Positions 27,959 through 37,787 of a stretch of 64,000 nucleotides of DNA are shown here, one piece after another. The notes beneath the pieces are model-generated. The model saw only the letters and a program-made list of their open reading frames with translations, searched no databases and was not told where the DNA came from. The position numbers were made by a program, and so were the translations under genes. Positions within the stretch are counted from its first letter, which is position 1, and every line of letters starts with the position of its first letter. The stretch spans positions 393,206 to 457,205 of the forward strand of contig JBAYJA010000001.1 in assembly GCA_041665345.1 (NCBI GenBank), given 5' to 3'. Origin of the DNA: Patescibacteria group bacterium (lineage in GTDB: Bacteria > Patescibacteriota > Patescibacteriia > PEXW01).

Positions 27959-28516
27959 ATGAGAGTAGGGAATGCGCAATTCAAAATTGGCTTCTGGCAC
28001 CCATTTGGTCCTCACGCCGGAGAGAACGCTGATGAAATTATTGTAAGAAAGCAACGTGAGATTAGGAGAATAGGTTGGACCCTTTGGTCTTTCCAACATC
28101 GGAAAACCCTTGAGCTTTGGTATCATGAGATTCAAAAGAAGAAACCTGGTAGGGTTTTGGTTTTTTGTTCTGAAGGTAAAGGATCACGCGATCCAATAGG
28201 GGAACGAAAGAATTGTAATTACTTCTTACCAGTAGGTAAGAAAAAGGCACAAAGAATTCCCTTCCCAATAAGCGTTCCTCACCCGATGGGGAGGAAGACG
28301 CAAGGATCAGCTTTCATTGTCAAAAGAGTCATGTATCCTGTACATTTCAAGACAGCAACAATTCAATGGTTGAAGGATGGAAAATGGCAAAGTAAGCAAT
28401 TACCAACACGACCAGAGTATTTAATTAAACCTGGACATGGGAAGCCAATGAGAAAATTTCGTGCAGTACTTGAATTGAGACCTCCCTACCTCGCTGAAGT
28501 TAGAATAAGGCCCTAG
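27959..28516 (+). CDS. Basic hypothetical protein
   Basis: ATG immediately after the previous stop; Lys/Arg-rich, 185 aa. Confidence 0.7.
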   Translation: MRVGNAQFKIGFWHPFGPHAGENADEIIVRKQREIRRIGWTLWSFQHRKTLELWYHEIQKKKPGRVLVFCSEGKGSRDPIGERKNCNYFLPVGKKKAQRIPFPISVPHPMGRKTQGSAFIVKRVMYPVHFKTATIQWLKDGKWQSKQLPTRPEYLIKPGHGKPMRKFRAVLELRPPYLAEVRIRP

Positions 28517-28533
28517 TATTCGCTGAAAAATGT

Positions 28534-29163
28534 ATGGCGAACCAAGAATCTCAAAAAACCATTAAGGCTATTATTTTTGATTTTGGAGACGTTATTTGTT
28601 TTTGGGATGATGAGACAATGAGCCCCAAACGGGCACAGTCCCTCAATTTACCCAAAGACAGTATCCATGATCTTTTTTTCGAGTATTTACGAGAGGGTGG
28701 AGATGGAAAGTACCATAGCGCGCTTGATTTTTACGACCGAGCAAAACCGCAAACCCCAATTTCCCGTGAAGTTTTTGAGCAATTATTTACAGAATGGGAT
28801 AGCACCAGCCATATAGATGAAGAAATGGTTAGGCTCATTAAAAAATTGAAGCGCACCTACAAAATTGGCTTGCTTTCCAATTTTACCAAAGGGTTAGAAG
28901 AGTATTTGATTGACCGCTTTCATATGCACCGTCTCTTTGATTCAATTGTTAGTTCTTACAACTTAAAAATGCGAAAGCCAATTTTGGATGTGTATCATTA
29001 TTCGGCCAAGGATCTTGGCGTCCAGCCTGAGGAATGCCTCTTCATTGATGACATTGAAAAGAATGTCCAAGCTGCAAGGCAAATTGGGATGCAAGGGATT
29101 GCTTTTACAAACCTGGAAAAATTGAAAGAGCAGTTGCTTGGTATTCTTGGCTTGAAGGTTTAG
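28534..29163 (+). CDS. HAD-family phosphatase
   Basis: IIFDFGDV, LLSN, MRKP, FIDD. Confidence 0.9.
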   Translation: MANQESQKTIKAIIFDFGDVICFWDDETMSPKRAQSLNLPKDSIHDLFFEYLREGGDGKYHSALDFYDRAKPQTPISREVFEQLFTEWDSTSHIDEEMVRLIKKLKRTYKIGLLSNFTKGLEEYLIDRFHMHRLFDSIVSSYNLKMRKPILDVYHYSAKDLGVQPEECLFIDDIEKNVQAARQIGMQGIAFTNLEKLKEQLLGILGLKV

Positions 29164-29180
29164 ACTTGGGTCCTACTACC

Positions 29181-29867
29181 ATGGCTCCCACCCGCCTCCA
29201 AAAATTTATTGCCAGTACGGGCATTGTGTCCCGCCGGAAAGCGGAGACGCTCATTACTGATGGTCGGGTTTTTGTAAATGGCGAAAAAGTGACCAAGCTT
29301 GGGACAACCATCAACCCTGCCGTGGACATGGTGGAGGTGAATGGGCAGATGCTCACCTCCGTTACAGACTTCCGGTACATTGCCTGCAACAAACCTGTTG
29401 GCGTCACCTGCACCCGGGCGCAGTACCAAAGTGAGCGGACGGTGTATCAACTTATTCCCGATGCTCGTGATTTAGTCATCGCTGGTCGCTTGGACAAAGA
29501 CTCGGAAGGCCTGGTGCTTCTTACCAATGATGGCGAATTGACCAACCTGCTGACCCATCCACGGTACGAACATGAAAAAGAGTATGAAGTCACCTTGTCC
29601 CGGCCGCTGAGCACGGAGGCAGACCGCGCGCTTACTGAAGGAATCAAGCTCAAAGAGGGGATGGCCAAGTTTGATAGGATCGAACGGGTGTCGCCCCAAA
29701 TCTACCACGTGACCCTGCACCAGGGCTGGAACCGGCAGGTGCGGCGGATGTTTGGGCAATTGCAGGGTGATGTGCTCCGGCTCCGTCGGATTCGAATGAA
29801 TAAGCTGACTTTGGGTCGGCTGCAGCCGGGGGCGTGGAAAGCAGTCCAACGGGCGGATATTCTGTAA
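29181..29867 (+). CDS. rRNA pseudouridine synthase (RsuA/RluB family)
   Basis: S4 domain RLQKFIA..SRRKAE; NKPVG; GRLDKDSEGL; GWNRQVRRM. Confidence 0.95.
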   Translation: MAPTRLQKFIASTGIVSRRKAETLITDGRVFVNGEKVTKLGTTINPAVDMVEVNGQMLTSVTDFRYIACNKPVGVTCTRAQYQSERTVYQLIPDARDLVIAGRLDKDSEGLVLLTNDGELTNLLTHPRYEHEKEYEVTLSRPLSTEADRALTEGIKLKEGMAKFDRIERVSPQIYHVTLHQGWNRQVRRMFGQLQGDVLRLRRIRMNKLTLGRLQPGAWKAVQRADIL

Positions 29868-29965
29868 AATTGGGGTGAACAACCTGTGAAGGCGAAAATG
29901 TGCTATAGTTGACGAACCGGTAGTTTTTTGTCAGAATAGTAACCGGTGCATTCACACATTTCGTC

Positions 29966-30376
29966 ATGTCTGCAGCAAAAGGAAAAGGAAAATTTGCGCG
30001 TCTCCTGACCTCCCGAGGCGTCATCGTGCTCGAGGTCTTGATCATTGCCTTTCTCCTGGTAGGGATTACCAAAGAGATTGTCCGGCGGGTGGCGTTGCGG
30101 CGTGAAGTGGCCGTGCTGGAAAAGCAGATTGCGGAGCTGGAAGCGCAGAACCGCAGCCTGGGCGAGTACGTGGCTGCCATTAATACGGACAGTTTCCGGG
30201 AGCGGGAAGCGCGCAAACGCCTGAATCTGCAGAAACCTGGGGAATCCGTGCTCATTGTGCCGGATACCACAACAACCGAAGACGCCACGGACACAGTTGC
30301 CACAACGCAGCAAACCACTTCCAAATCTTCAAATTCTCATCGCTGGTGGACGTACTTCTTTGGCTCCGCCTCCTAA
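29966..30376 (+). CDS. Septum formation initiator (FtsB/DivIC-like)
   Basis: TM plus coiled coil plus EREARKRLNLQKPGE. Confidence 0.85.
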   Translation: MSAAKGKGKFARLLTSRGVIVLEVLIIAFLLVGITKEIVRRVALRREVAVLEKQIAELEAQNRSLGEYVAAINTDSFREREARKRLNLQKPGESVLIVPDTTTTEDATDTVATTQQTTSKSSNSHRWWTYFFGSAS

Positions 30377-30386
30377 CCCCGTGCAT

Positions 30387-31526
30387 ATGCCTGACCAAAA
30401 CCCAGTAAGCAACGTGCCAGATACTTCACTTCACCCAGAGCACGCGGCCGTGCACGCGGAAATTGCCAAAGCCCCTGGCAGCTTGCCAGATCCAGAGCAC
30501 CATGGCTTGAAGCAGTTGCCACCGCCACCTATCCACTGGGCAAAGCGGATTGGGTTGTGGCTTGGCGCGGCCATTGTAGTTATTGTTGCCGTTTTTGCCG
30601 TTGGGTACATGCGCTTTAGCTGGCAGCAGTCCACTCTGCTTTTACCGGCACAGGTGTTGCCCTACCCCGTGGCTATCGTCGCCGGGCAGTGGGTATCCTA
30701 CGCTGACTATCAGAAAGATGTGCCAAATATTTCTCGGTATTTGGAACGCAATTCGCCACCAGACGCAAAGGCGAATGAGCCCTTGCCGTGGGACGTACGG
30801 GTGCGCCAACTTGCGCTGAACAAGATGGTGGGGGAGGCGCTTTTGGCAAAATTGGCCAAAGAGCGAAAAGTGACGGTGACCGATGCAGATGTGAACCAAA
30901 CTTTTGACGCTTTTGTGCAGCAGTACAGCGGCACGAACAACGTGGAAGAGGATATTCAAAATCTCTACGGTTGGACCGTGGAGCAATTCAAGGTGAAAGT
31001 GATTCGACCGCAGGTGTACCAGCAGAAGTTGGCAGATTCCTACATTGCGGAAATTCGGAAGGAAGCTGATGGTGTGCGTACAGAAGTGATGGCAGATACC
31101 AAGCGGTTTGCTGACATTGCCAAAGAGAAAAGCGATGACGTGAGTGCGACCAAAGGTGGCCAGCTGGAAGCAATCAAGAGCGACAAGATCGCTGACGAAT
31201 ATGGCACTGCGGCAGAAGCGGTGGGTGCGTTGAAGGAAGGTGCAATTTCTGAGGTGCTGGAAACCCCGCGCGGGTTTGAAATACTGTGGTTGGAAAAGCG
31301 GACGGCAGGCGCAAAGAGCACGGATCCAGCCACGCTCATGCTTCGTCGGATTCTGGTCACGGCTGATGTGAGTACCTGGCTGCAGGACAAAGTGAACACC
31401 TTGGCGGAAGAAGCAAAGGTGATGCTCTTTGAACCCCGGTTCCGCTGGGAAGCGAAGTGTGGCATTTTGGAAAAGAGCGAACCAAGCTGTACGGAAGCTG
31501 CCACGGACACCAATACCAACCAATAA
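30387..31526 (+). CDS. PrsA/SurA-like peptidyl-prolyl isomerase
   Basis: TM, SurA N-terminal domain, FADIAKEKSDD..GGQL, ISEVLETPRGF. Confidence 0.85.
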   Translation: MPDQNPVSNVPDTSLHPEHAAVHAEIAKAPGSLPDPEHHGLKQLPPPPIHWAKRIGLWLGAAIVVIVAVFAVGYMRFSWQQSTLLLPAQVLPYPVAIVAGQWVSYADYQKDVPNISRYLERNSPPDAKANEPLPWDVRVRQLALNKMVGEALLAKLAKERKVTVTDADVNQTFDAFVQQYSGTNNVEEDIQNLYGWTVEQFKVKVIRPQVYQQKLADSYIAEIRKEADGVRTEVMADTKRFADIAKEKSDDVSATKGGQLEAIKSDKIADEYGTAAEAVGALKEGAISEVLETPRGFEILWLEKRTAGAKSTDPATLMLRRILVTADVSTWLQDKVNTLAEEAKVMLFEPRFRWEAKCGILEKSEPSCTEAATDTNTNQ

Positions 31527-31535
31527 AATTTGTTG

Positions 31536-31609
31536 GCGGGTATAGTACAGTGGTAGTATGCATCCTTCCCAAGGATGAGATACGGGTTCGATTCCCGTTA
31601 CCCGCTCCA
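31536..31609 (+). tRNA. tRNA-Gly(CCC)
   Basis: Cloverleaf; loop TTCCCAA; TCCA end. Confidence 0.96.
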
Positions 31610-31714
31610 GCCTTCGCCTCGAGCTCTGGCGAGGGCGAAGGCTGTCCTCCGAAGCTTCCGAGCGAAGGAGGGTACGACGTCTGTACTCAGGCTACGGCCG
31701 GCAAGCCAGCTCGC
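31610..31714 (+). repeat. tRNA-trailer repeat family A
   Basis: First ~60 nt identical to the copy at 31839; ends GCTACGGCCGGCAAGCCAGCTCGC. Confidence 0.9.
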
Positions 31715-31763
31715 ATAACTCCGCCAACGCGGCGAACCTTTCCATCGTTTTCCAAAAGTGTAT

Positions 31764-31838
31764 GCCGATGTAGCTCAGTGGTAGAGCAACGCTTTTGTAA
31801 AGCGAAGGTCGGCGGTTCGAATCCGCCCATCGGCTCCA
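31764..31838 (+). tRNA. tRNA-Thr(TGT)
   Basis: Cloverleaf; loop TTTGTAA; TCCA end. Confidence 0.95.
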
Positions 31839-31943
31839 GCCTTCGCCTCGAGCTCTGGCGAGGGCGAAGGCTGTCCTCCGAAGCTTCCGAGCGAAGGAGG
31901 ACAAAAAGTTGTTCTCAGAGCTACGGCCGGCAAGCCAGCTCGC
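31839..31943 (+). repeat. tRNA-trailer repeat family A
   Basis: Same modules as 31610-31714 with a different ~19-nt linker. Confidence 0.9.
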
Positions 31944-32005
31944 TTTGCCCACAAAGTCCAAGAAAAACCTTTTCATCACACACATCGCCGCATAACCCAC
32001 ATACC

Positions 32006-33967
32006 ATGACTCAGCGACAGTACATCAAAAAGAGTCTAATCATCCTCGCCTTGGTTGTTGGCATTGGCTTGGTTGCGCCAGCGCGCGCAGCTGAACCAAC
32101 TGTGGTGCACCTTTCAGCAGACTATGCAACCAAAGGCCAGGAAATCCGAGTAGAGAATGCGTTCATCCTTGGTTTACGGCCAAACCTTTTTGCTGCACCT
32201 GCGCAGGTCACGGTAACGCCTGATGCAGCCCTCCCAACCGCGCTACCTAGCCGTTACACCGCTGCTGGCCGAGCTTTCAGTGTGAGCATCACCCCAGCGG
32301 ATGGCGCAACCATTGCTTCGTCTGACCTCTGGTTGAAACAGCTCGCCACGCCCGTCGTCAATACCAAGACTGTGCTCCTGAGTTACGCAAACGGAACCTG
32401 GAGTATTGTGGGTACCAAACTTGGAACTGATAATTTCCTCACCGGCGCAACCCGCGCTTTGTCTTTCACCGTTGTTCCGGTAACCGATGTTGCAACCACG
32501 GCTGGAGTTTTTGGTCCCGATGCGGTGGTTTCGCCGTCCAGCACGGTTCTCCCAGTTGATCCAACAAGCGCAGCACAGCAGATTGGGTACAAATCCTACA
32601 CGCTGACCCTACCCAAAGGGGTAGTTCCAGCGGCTGGGTCGTTCCTTGCAACACCAGATGTTCCATTACCTTCACCACTCCCAACCTACGTGAAGCAGCG
32701 CGCGGCTGCAGTGTACGTATCGCTCAATGCCCCGGATGCGTCACTCCTTCGTTTCAATGCGCCCGGCTTAACCATTGCACCAAAAGTTGCGGTGCAGAAT
32801 TACCGTCCGCTGTACATCTACTTCTACAACCCCGTGCGGAAAGTGTGGGAGGTGACGAAGAACAAACTTTTTACCAACGGCTACCTGGTGGTGGTGGAAG
32901 ATCTGCGTGAAGAAGTGGGGATTGCCAGCTGGTATCGCAGTACCAAGTACCCAGATGGCGTGGCGCACAATGTCTACCCCATGGGCACCAAGCTGAGGGT
33001 AACGAATGTAGAAAATGGAAAATCCACCATCGTCAGAGTGGTGTCCCGAGGACCTTACGTCCGCGGGCGGATAGTGGACCTGGTGTATACAGCCTTCAAG
33101 AAAATTAAAGGAACAAATGGTGGTGTGGCAAAAGTGAAAGTTGCAGCAGTCACCCCACTCGTTGCAGGTGAGCAGGTTGTTGCCCCAACGCCAACCCCAA
33201 CCGCAACGTCAACTACCGCGGTTGCGCTGCCAATTACCAGTACGGCGGGCGCTGTCTACGATGTGGATAAGGGGGTACTGGTTGCGGTGAAAAACGCTGA
33301 TGAGCGGCACCCAATTGCCAGTTTGTCCAAACTCATGACTGCCCTGGTCTACCTGGATCGGAAGCCAACATTCCAAAATGTGGTGACCTACCAGAAGAGT
33401 GATGCTACCATTTGCTCCTGCCTGCAGGTGTCGGTAGGGGAAACGATGACCACGAATGATTTGTGGCATGCCATGCTCATTGGGTCGGCGAATAATGCCA
33501 CCCGCGCCTTGGTTCGATCCACCAAACTCACGGATGCGCAATTTGTGAAACTCATGAACGAGAAAGCCCAAGCATTGGGTTTGACCTCACTGACGTTTGG
33601 CGATCCCACAGGTCTGGACCCTGCAAACCAGGGCTCAGCTGCAGACATGGCCAAGCTCGCCGCTATTGCCTTCAGCAAGCCAGAAATCCAGCGTGTCTCG
33701 GTGAAGAAGTTCTACACCTTTAGCACCTTGAATACAAAGAAAGCGCACACCATAACGAATCGGAATAAGTTGTTGCAGACGCAGTGGCAAATTACCGGCA
33801 TCAAAACCGGATACATTGAGGAATCCGGTTACTGTCTCATTGGCCAGGTGAAAGGGAAGACCACGAGCCGGACACTGGTTGCCGTCACCCTTGGGAATAT
33901 TTCCAGCACCAAGCACTATGCGGAAATGGAAAATGCCTTCAGCGTCGGTTTTGCAAATCTCAAATGA
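32006..33967 (+). CDS. Secreted RlpA-like DPBB plus D-Ala-D-Ala carboxypeptidase (S11) fusion
   Basis: Signal peptide; GIASWY..GTKLRVTNVENGKS..RGPY..IVDL; SLSK, SAN and KTG motifs. Confidence 0.88.
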   Translation: MTQRQYIKKSLIILALVVGIGLVAPARAAEPTVVHLSADYATKGQEIRVENAFILGLRPNLFAAPAQVTVTPDAALPTALPSRYTAAGRAFSVSITPADGATIASSDLWLKQLATPVVNTKTVLLSYANGTWSIVGTKLGTDNFLTGATRALSFTVVPVTDVATTAGVFGPDAVVSPSSTVLPVDPTSAAQQIGYKSYTLTLPKGVVPAAGSFLATPDVPLPSPLPTYVKQRAAAVYVSLNAPDASLLRFNAPGLTIAPKVAVQNYRPLYIYFYNPVRKVWEVTKNKLFTNGYLVVVEDLREEVGIASWYRSTKYPDGVAHNVYPMGTKLRVTNVENGKSTIVRVVSRGPYVRGRIVDLVYTAFKKIKGTNGGVAKVKVAAVTPLVAGEQVVAPTPTPTATSTTAVALPITSTAGAVYDVDKGVLVAVKNADERHPIASLSKLMTALVYLDRKPTFQNVVTYQKSDATICSCLQVSVGETMTTNDLWHAMLIGSANNATRALVRSTKLTDAQFVKLMNEKAQALGLTSLTFGDPTGLDPANQGSAADMAKLAAIAFSKPEIQRVSVKKFYTFSTLNTKKAHTITNRNKLLQTQWQITGIKTGYIEESGYCLIGQVKGKTTSRTLVAVTLGNISSTKHYAEMENAFSVGFANLK

Positions 33968-34644
33968 TTACGCTGGAGAACGTTACAAAGTTTTACCCAC
34001 ACGGCGTGACAGCGCTGAAGGATATTTCGGTGCGGATAGAGTCGGGTGAGTTTGTCTCCATTGTGGGGCAGTCGGGTACTGGGAAGACGACCTTGGCAAA
34101 ACTCATTATTGCAGAGGAGCAACCCAGCTCTGGCCGGGTGATTATTGGCGATTGGGATATTACAAAAATTAACTCCAAGGACGTGCCGCTGCTTCGCCGG
34201 CAAATTGGAGTGGTGTTCCAAGATTTTAAACTCCTGCCCCAGAAGACGCTGTTTGAGAATGTCGCCTTTGCCTTGGAGGTGTCTGGAGCGTCAACGGAGA
34301 AAATTAAGCAGATTGTCCCGCAGGTGCTAAAAATTGTGGGCCTGGAGCACAAGCAGAAACGTTTCCCCCGGGAAGTGTCGGGTGGGGAGCAGCAGCGGGT
34401 AGTCATTGCGCGGTCATTGGTACACCGGCCCAAGATTTTGGTGGCGGATGAACCAACCGGGAATTTGGATACTATTAACGCTCATGAAATTGTGGAGCTG
34501 CTTTTGAAGATTAATAGCTTCGGCACCACCATCGTCTTGGTGACCCACAACCGGGAAATTGTGAATGGTCTGCGGAAACGCGTGCTCACCATGGATCGGG
34601 GGCACCTGGTGGCTGACCAGAGTACTGGAAAATACCGCTTATGA
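33964..34644 (+). CDS. ftsE: Cell division ATP-binding protein FtsE
   Basis: GQSGTGKT, IGVVFQDFKLL, SGGEQQR, DEPTGNLD. Confidence 0.95.
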   Translation: MITLENVTKFYPHGVTALKDISVRIESGEFVSIVGQSGTGKTTLAKLIIAEEQPSSGRVIIGDWDITKINSKDVPLLRRQIGVVFQDFKLLPQKTLFENVAFALEVSGASTEKIKQIVPQVLKIVGLEHKQKRFPREVSGGEQQRVVIARSLVHRPKILVADEPTGNLDTINAHEIVELLLKINSFGTTIVLVTHNREIVNGLRKRVLTMDRGHLVADQSTGKYRL

Positions 34645-35567
34645 TCCTTCTGCAAACTTCACGCGCGCTCAAGTTTGCCGCCCAGAATTTTAAGCGAAAT
34701 TTGTGGTTGTCGATCGTGACCGTCATCATCCTCACAGTGGCAACCTTTTCCGTAAGCTTAGTGGCTGCCCTCCAAGCCTTAGGCCAACGTGCGTTGCAAA
34801 CCGTGGAGCAGCGCGTGGATGTTTCTTTGGAATTGAAACGGGAGGTGACTGATGCGCAGGCGCAAGAACTCCGGGAGCGTTTGGCGCAATTGCCACATGT
34901 GCAGAAGATTGTTTTCCAGAGCCAAACTGAAGCGTTGGAAGCGTTTCGAACGTTGCACGCCGATGACCCAAATATTCAGCAACTGCTACAAGAGCTAACG
35001 GAAAATCCTCTACCAGGTCGGTTGGTTATTACCGCTGAACGATTGGAGGATTACGAAACTGTGCTGCAAGCTATTGATTCCCCTGAGAACAGCGGTCTGG
35101 TAGAGAATAAAGATCGAGACTTCAAGGACGCCAAAGCTGTGATGGAGAAGTTGCAATCCATTACCCAACGAGTACGGCAAGTGGGTTTTGCGGTGAGTGC
35201 CGTGTTCGTCTTGCTCTCGCTCATTGTGGTGTTCAATACCATCCGGATCGCCATCTACACTCATCGGGAAGAGATTGGGATCATGCGCTTGGTAGGTGCA
35301 TCCAATGCGTTCATCCGCGCGCCTTTCATACTCGAAAGTGCATTGTATAGTATCATTGGCGCGGGTGCTGCAGTGCTGCTGATGCTCTTCCTGTGGCAGA
35401 GCGCTGCGCCAGCGATGCATAGGTTTTTCTTCAGTGGCACAGATGTGAGTGTCCAAGGGATTTTGCAAACCAATTTTTGGCCAATTCTGGGCTTCGAATT
35501 TTTGGGCGCTGTGGTGCTCTGTGTGGTCAGCGCAGTCATTGCCACCCGGCGGTACTTGAAAGTCTAG
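34641..35567 (+). CDS. ftsX: Cell division permease FtsX
   Basis: NPLP, NTIRIAIYTHREEIGIMRLVGAS, RRYLKV. Confidence 0.94.
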   Translation: MILLQTSRALKFAAQNFKRNLWLSIVTVIILTVATFSVSLVAALQALGQRALQTVEQRVDVSLELKREVTDAQAQELRERLAQLPHVQKIVFQSQTEALEAFRTLHADDPNIQQLLQELTENPLPGRLVITAERLEDYETVLQAIDSPENSGLVENKDRDFKDAKAVMEKLQSITQRVRQVGFAVSAVFVLLSLIVVFNTIRIAIYTHREEIGIMRLVGASNAFIRAPFILESALYSIIGAGAAVLLMLFLWQSAAPAMHRFFFSGTDVSVQGILQTNFWPILGFEFLGAVVLCVVSAVIATRRYLKV

Positions 35568-35595
35568 GCAGGGGAGTGTAACCTCCAGGCAATAC

Positions 35596-35669
35596 TCCGG
35601 GATCGTCTAACGGCAGGACATGGGCCTTTGAAGCCCAGTATCTTGGTTCGAATCCAAGTCCCGGAACCA
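35596..35669 (+). tRNA. tRNA-Gln(TTG)
   Basis: Cloverleaf; loop CTTTGAA; ACCA end. Confidence 0.96.
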
Positions 35670-35819
35670 TAGAGGAAAACCAGTATCTTCGGAACAACTT
35701 TTGCCCTTGCTTGTGGATAACATGCGTCTGCCAGGCCTCTTGTGGGGCTAGAGCATCGGCTTTATCATTGCGTTGGTGGAATAGTATTGATTATCTATGG
35801 AATGAAAAGGAGCAAATCA

Positions 35820-37787
35820 ATGGCAATAAGATATCTCATTAATGCAGATGGCAGACCCTTCGATACTGAGGAACTCAAGGTGCTTCGTCAGTCCCTTGAA
35901 AGGCTTGATGACACAAAACGTGCTGAATATAGGAATGCGAATGCAGCGGCGATAGCCCAATTGATCGGATCAAATGACTTGATTGTGTCGGGTCCAGGAA
36001 CTGGAAAAAGCCATCTGTTTCTAGAGAGAATCGATGCTTGGTACACGAACGACAACGACGCTGAAGTTATTGTAACAACTTTCGTACGCAAGCTCGTTGC
36101 GGATTTACAAGGCGACATACAACAGGACACGAAGCTTTCAACTGAACAAAAGAAGAAAATAACAGTTTCGACACTTCACAGACTAGCTCGAAGCGTTCTA
36201 GAAGAAAATGGTGGTACCCAGGAGTGGCCGTTTGAAAGGTATATTCGAATCATTGGTCAATCTTGGAAGACTGTTGTTTGGGCCGATGCCCTTGCTCTTT
36301 CATCGGTTCAAGAGGACGCTGAGTACACGTGGAGTGCGTTTGAAGAGCAACTACATACCGCAATTCCAAAGACGACTGGTGAATGGAAGACGATACATTA
36401 CTCATACAATACTTTGTGCAAATTTTATAACGCTGCTGGCTTCGCTGATCTCATTACTAGAGCACGTGATGCCTTGCAAGAGAACGCAACTCTGATTGAG
36501 CCATCTTACTATATCGTGGATGAATATCAGGATTTCAACGAGGCAGAGAATCAGTTCATTAGTCGACTTACGCAGAACGCTAAGGAATTGCTGATTGTCG
36601 GAGATGACGAGCAAGTGCTCTATGAGAAACTTAAGTCGGGGAACGCTGCGCTTATTCGAGGACGCTATAAGGACGAGAAGATTGTTAACGCAATGTTACC
36701 GTTTTGTGGACGCTGTAGTTATCACATCACTAAAGCTGCAGACGCTTTCATCTCACAGTCTGCGGATGCGAACAGAATTGAGAAGCTCTACCTTCCAATT
36801 AAAAGTCGGGACGATAAACCGAAAGTGCAAGTCGTTGCATGTGCTACACCATCAGCAGCGATCGACTACCTTTCGAAATTCGTCAAGGATCATAAACTGG
36901 AAATCGAAGCGCGAATGAAAGAGTTAGCCGAAGGAACGAAGAAAGACGCTTTCCTGTTAATTCTTTCGCCGTCGCGTGGCGCAACGTTCTTGGGAAAGGA
37001 TAACGTTGGAGAACTCGAGAAATTGATTGCACCGTTTCGTGGTGAGGGGCATGGTTTTGACAGTGACTACTATAGACTACTAGCCTACTATTCGGTTGCA
37101 AAGAATCCCAACGGGAACTTCGCTTTCAGGAAAGTCATGTTCTATGAGAACCTCTCTCCAGAGAGATCTGTAGAGTTGATTGAAAAGGCATTAGCAAACG
37201 GTGTCCATCTTTGCGATCTTGATGACGAAGAAATCGTTGACATTAATAAGAAATGTTTGCAGGTAAAAGCAATCCTGGATGAATTGTCGGATATATCTAA
37301 GTCGCTCAATCTACTTAGCAAAATTTTAGGTGAGTTGAACAAAGAGGCACTTCTTCTCGACCTGGAAAATAGACCGATAAAAGAGCATGAAATTGCCACT
37401 TTGGAGGAAGAGGCTGATGACGCGGCAGAAGTATCGGAGCTTCAGGCGGGTTCAATGAGTGCTGTTGAATTCCTCACTATAGTTGGGTCCAAAGGGTTGT
37501 CGGCAGACAATGTTATCATCTTAGGGTTTGACAATGTGAACATGAGCTACACAACTCAAAATGCTTTCTATGTTGCAGTAACTCGTGCGAGAGAAGGTCT
37601 ACATTTGTTAACGGCGCTGCAGGCGCGTGGAGCGAGTGCAGCTCACGGCTTCTTGGAGCGACTCCCAGACGATAATACAGATTTCAAGTCTTACAAGAAG
37701 ACCGGCGGAGTCTTGTCGGATCTTGGGTCAAAGCAGGGGTTTAAGGATTACTTAGGAAAGCTGGTTTATGCGAGGAATAGGCGTTAG
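35820..37787 (+). CDS. UvrD-like superfamily 1 helicase/ATPase
   Basis: SD AGGAG; GPGTGKS, STLH, VDEYQD, VGDDEQ, SKGLSAD, YVAVTRA. Confidence 0.88.
   Translation: MAIRYLINADGRPFDTEELKVLRQSLERLDDTKRAEYRNANAAAIAQLIGSNDLIVSGPGTGKSHLFLERIDAWYTNDNDAEVIVTTFVRKLVADLQGDIQQDTKLSTEQKKKITVSTLHRLARSVLEENGGTQEWPFERYIRIIGQSWKTVVWADALALSSVQEDAEYTWSAFEEQLHTAIPKTTGEWKTIHYSYNTLCKFYNAAGFADLITRARDALQENATLIEPSYYIVDEYQDFNEAENQFISRLTQNAKELLIVGDDEQVLYEKLKSGNAALIRGRYKDEKIVNAMLPFCGRCSYHITKAADAFISQSADANRIEKLYLPIKSRDDKPKVQVVACATPSAAIDYLSKFVKDHKLEIEARMKELAEGTKKDAFLLILSPSRGATFLGKDNVGELEKLIAPFRGEGHGFDSDYYRLLAYYSVAKNPNGNFAFRKVMFYENLSPERSVELIEKALANGVHLCDLDDEEIVDINKKCLQVKAILDELSDISKSLNLLSKILGELNKEALLLDLENRPIKEHEIATLEEEADDAAEVSELQAGSMSAVEFLTIVGSKGLSADNVIILGFDNVNMSYTTQNAFYVAVTRAREGLHLLTALQARGASAAHGFLERLPDDNTDFKSYKKTGGVLSDLGSKQGFKDYLGKLVYARNRR

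Noticed and set aside
31457-32005. N-terminal extension of the 836-aa ORF
   Set aside because: It reads through two tRNA genes and their trailers; the signal peptide begins at ATG 32006.
35713-35721. DnaA-box-like TGTGGATAA (also near 62488)
   Set aside because: Isolated boxes with no cluster or dnaA/dnaN context; insufficient for oriC.
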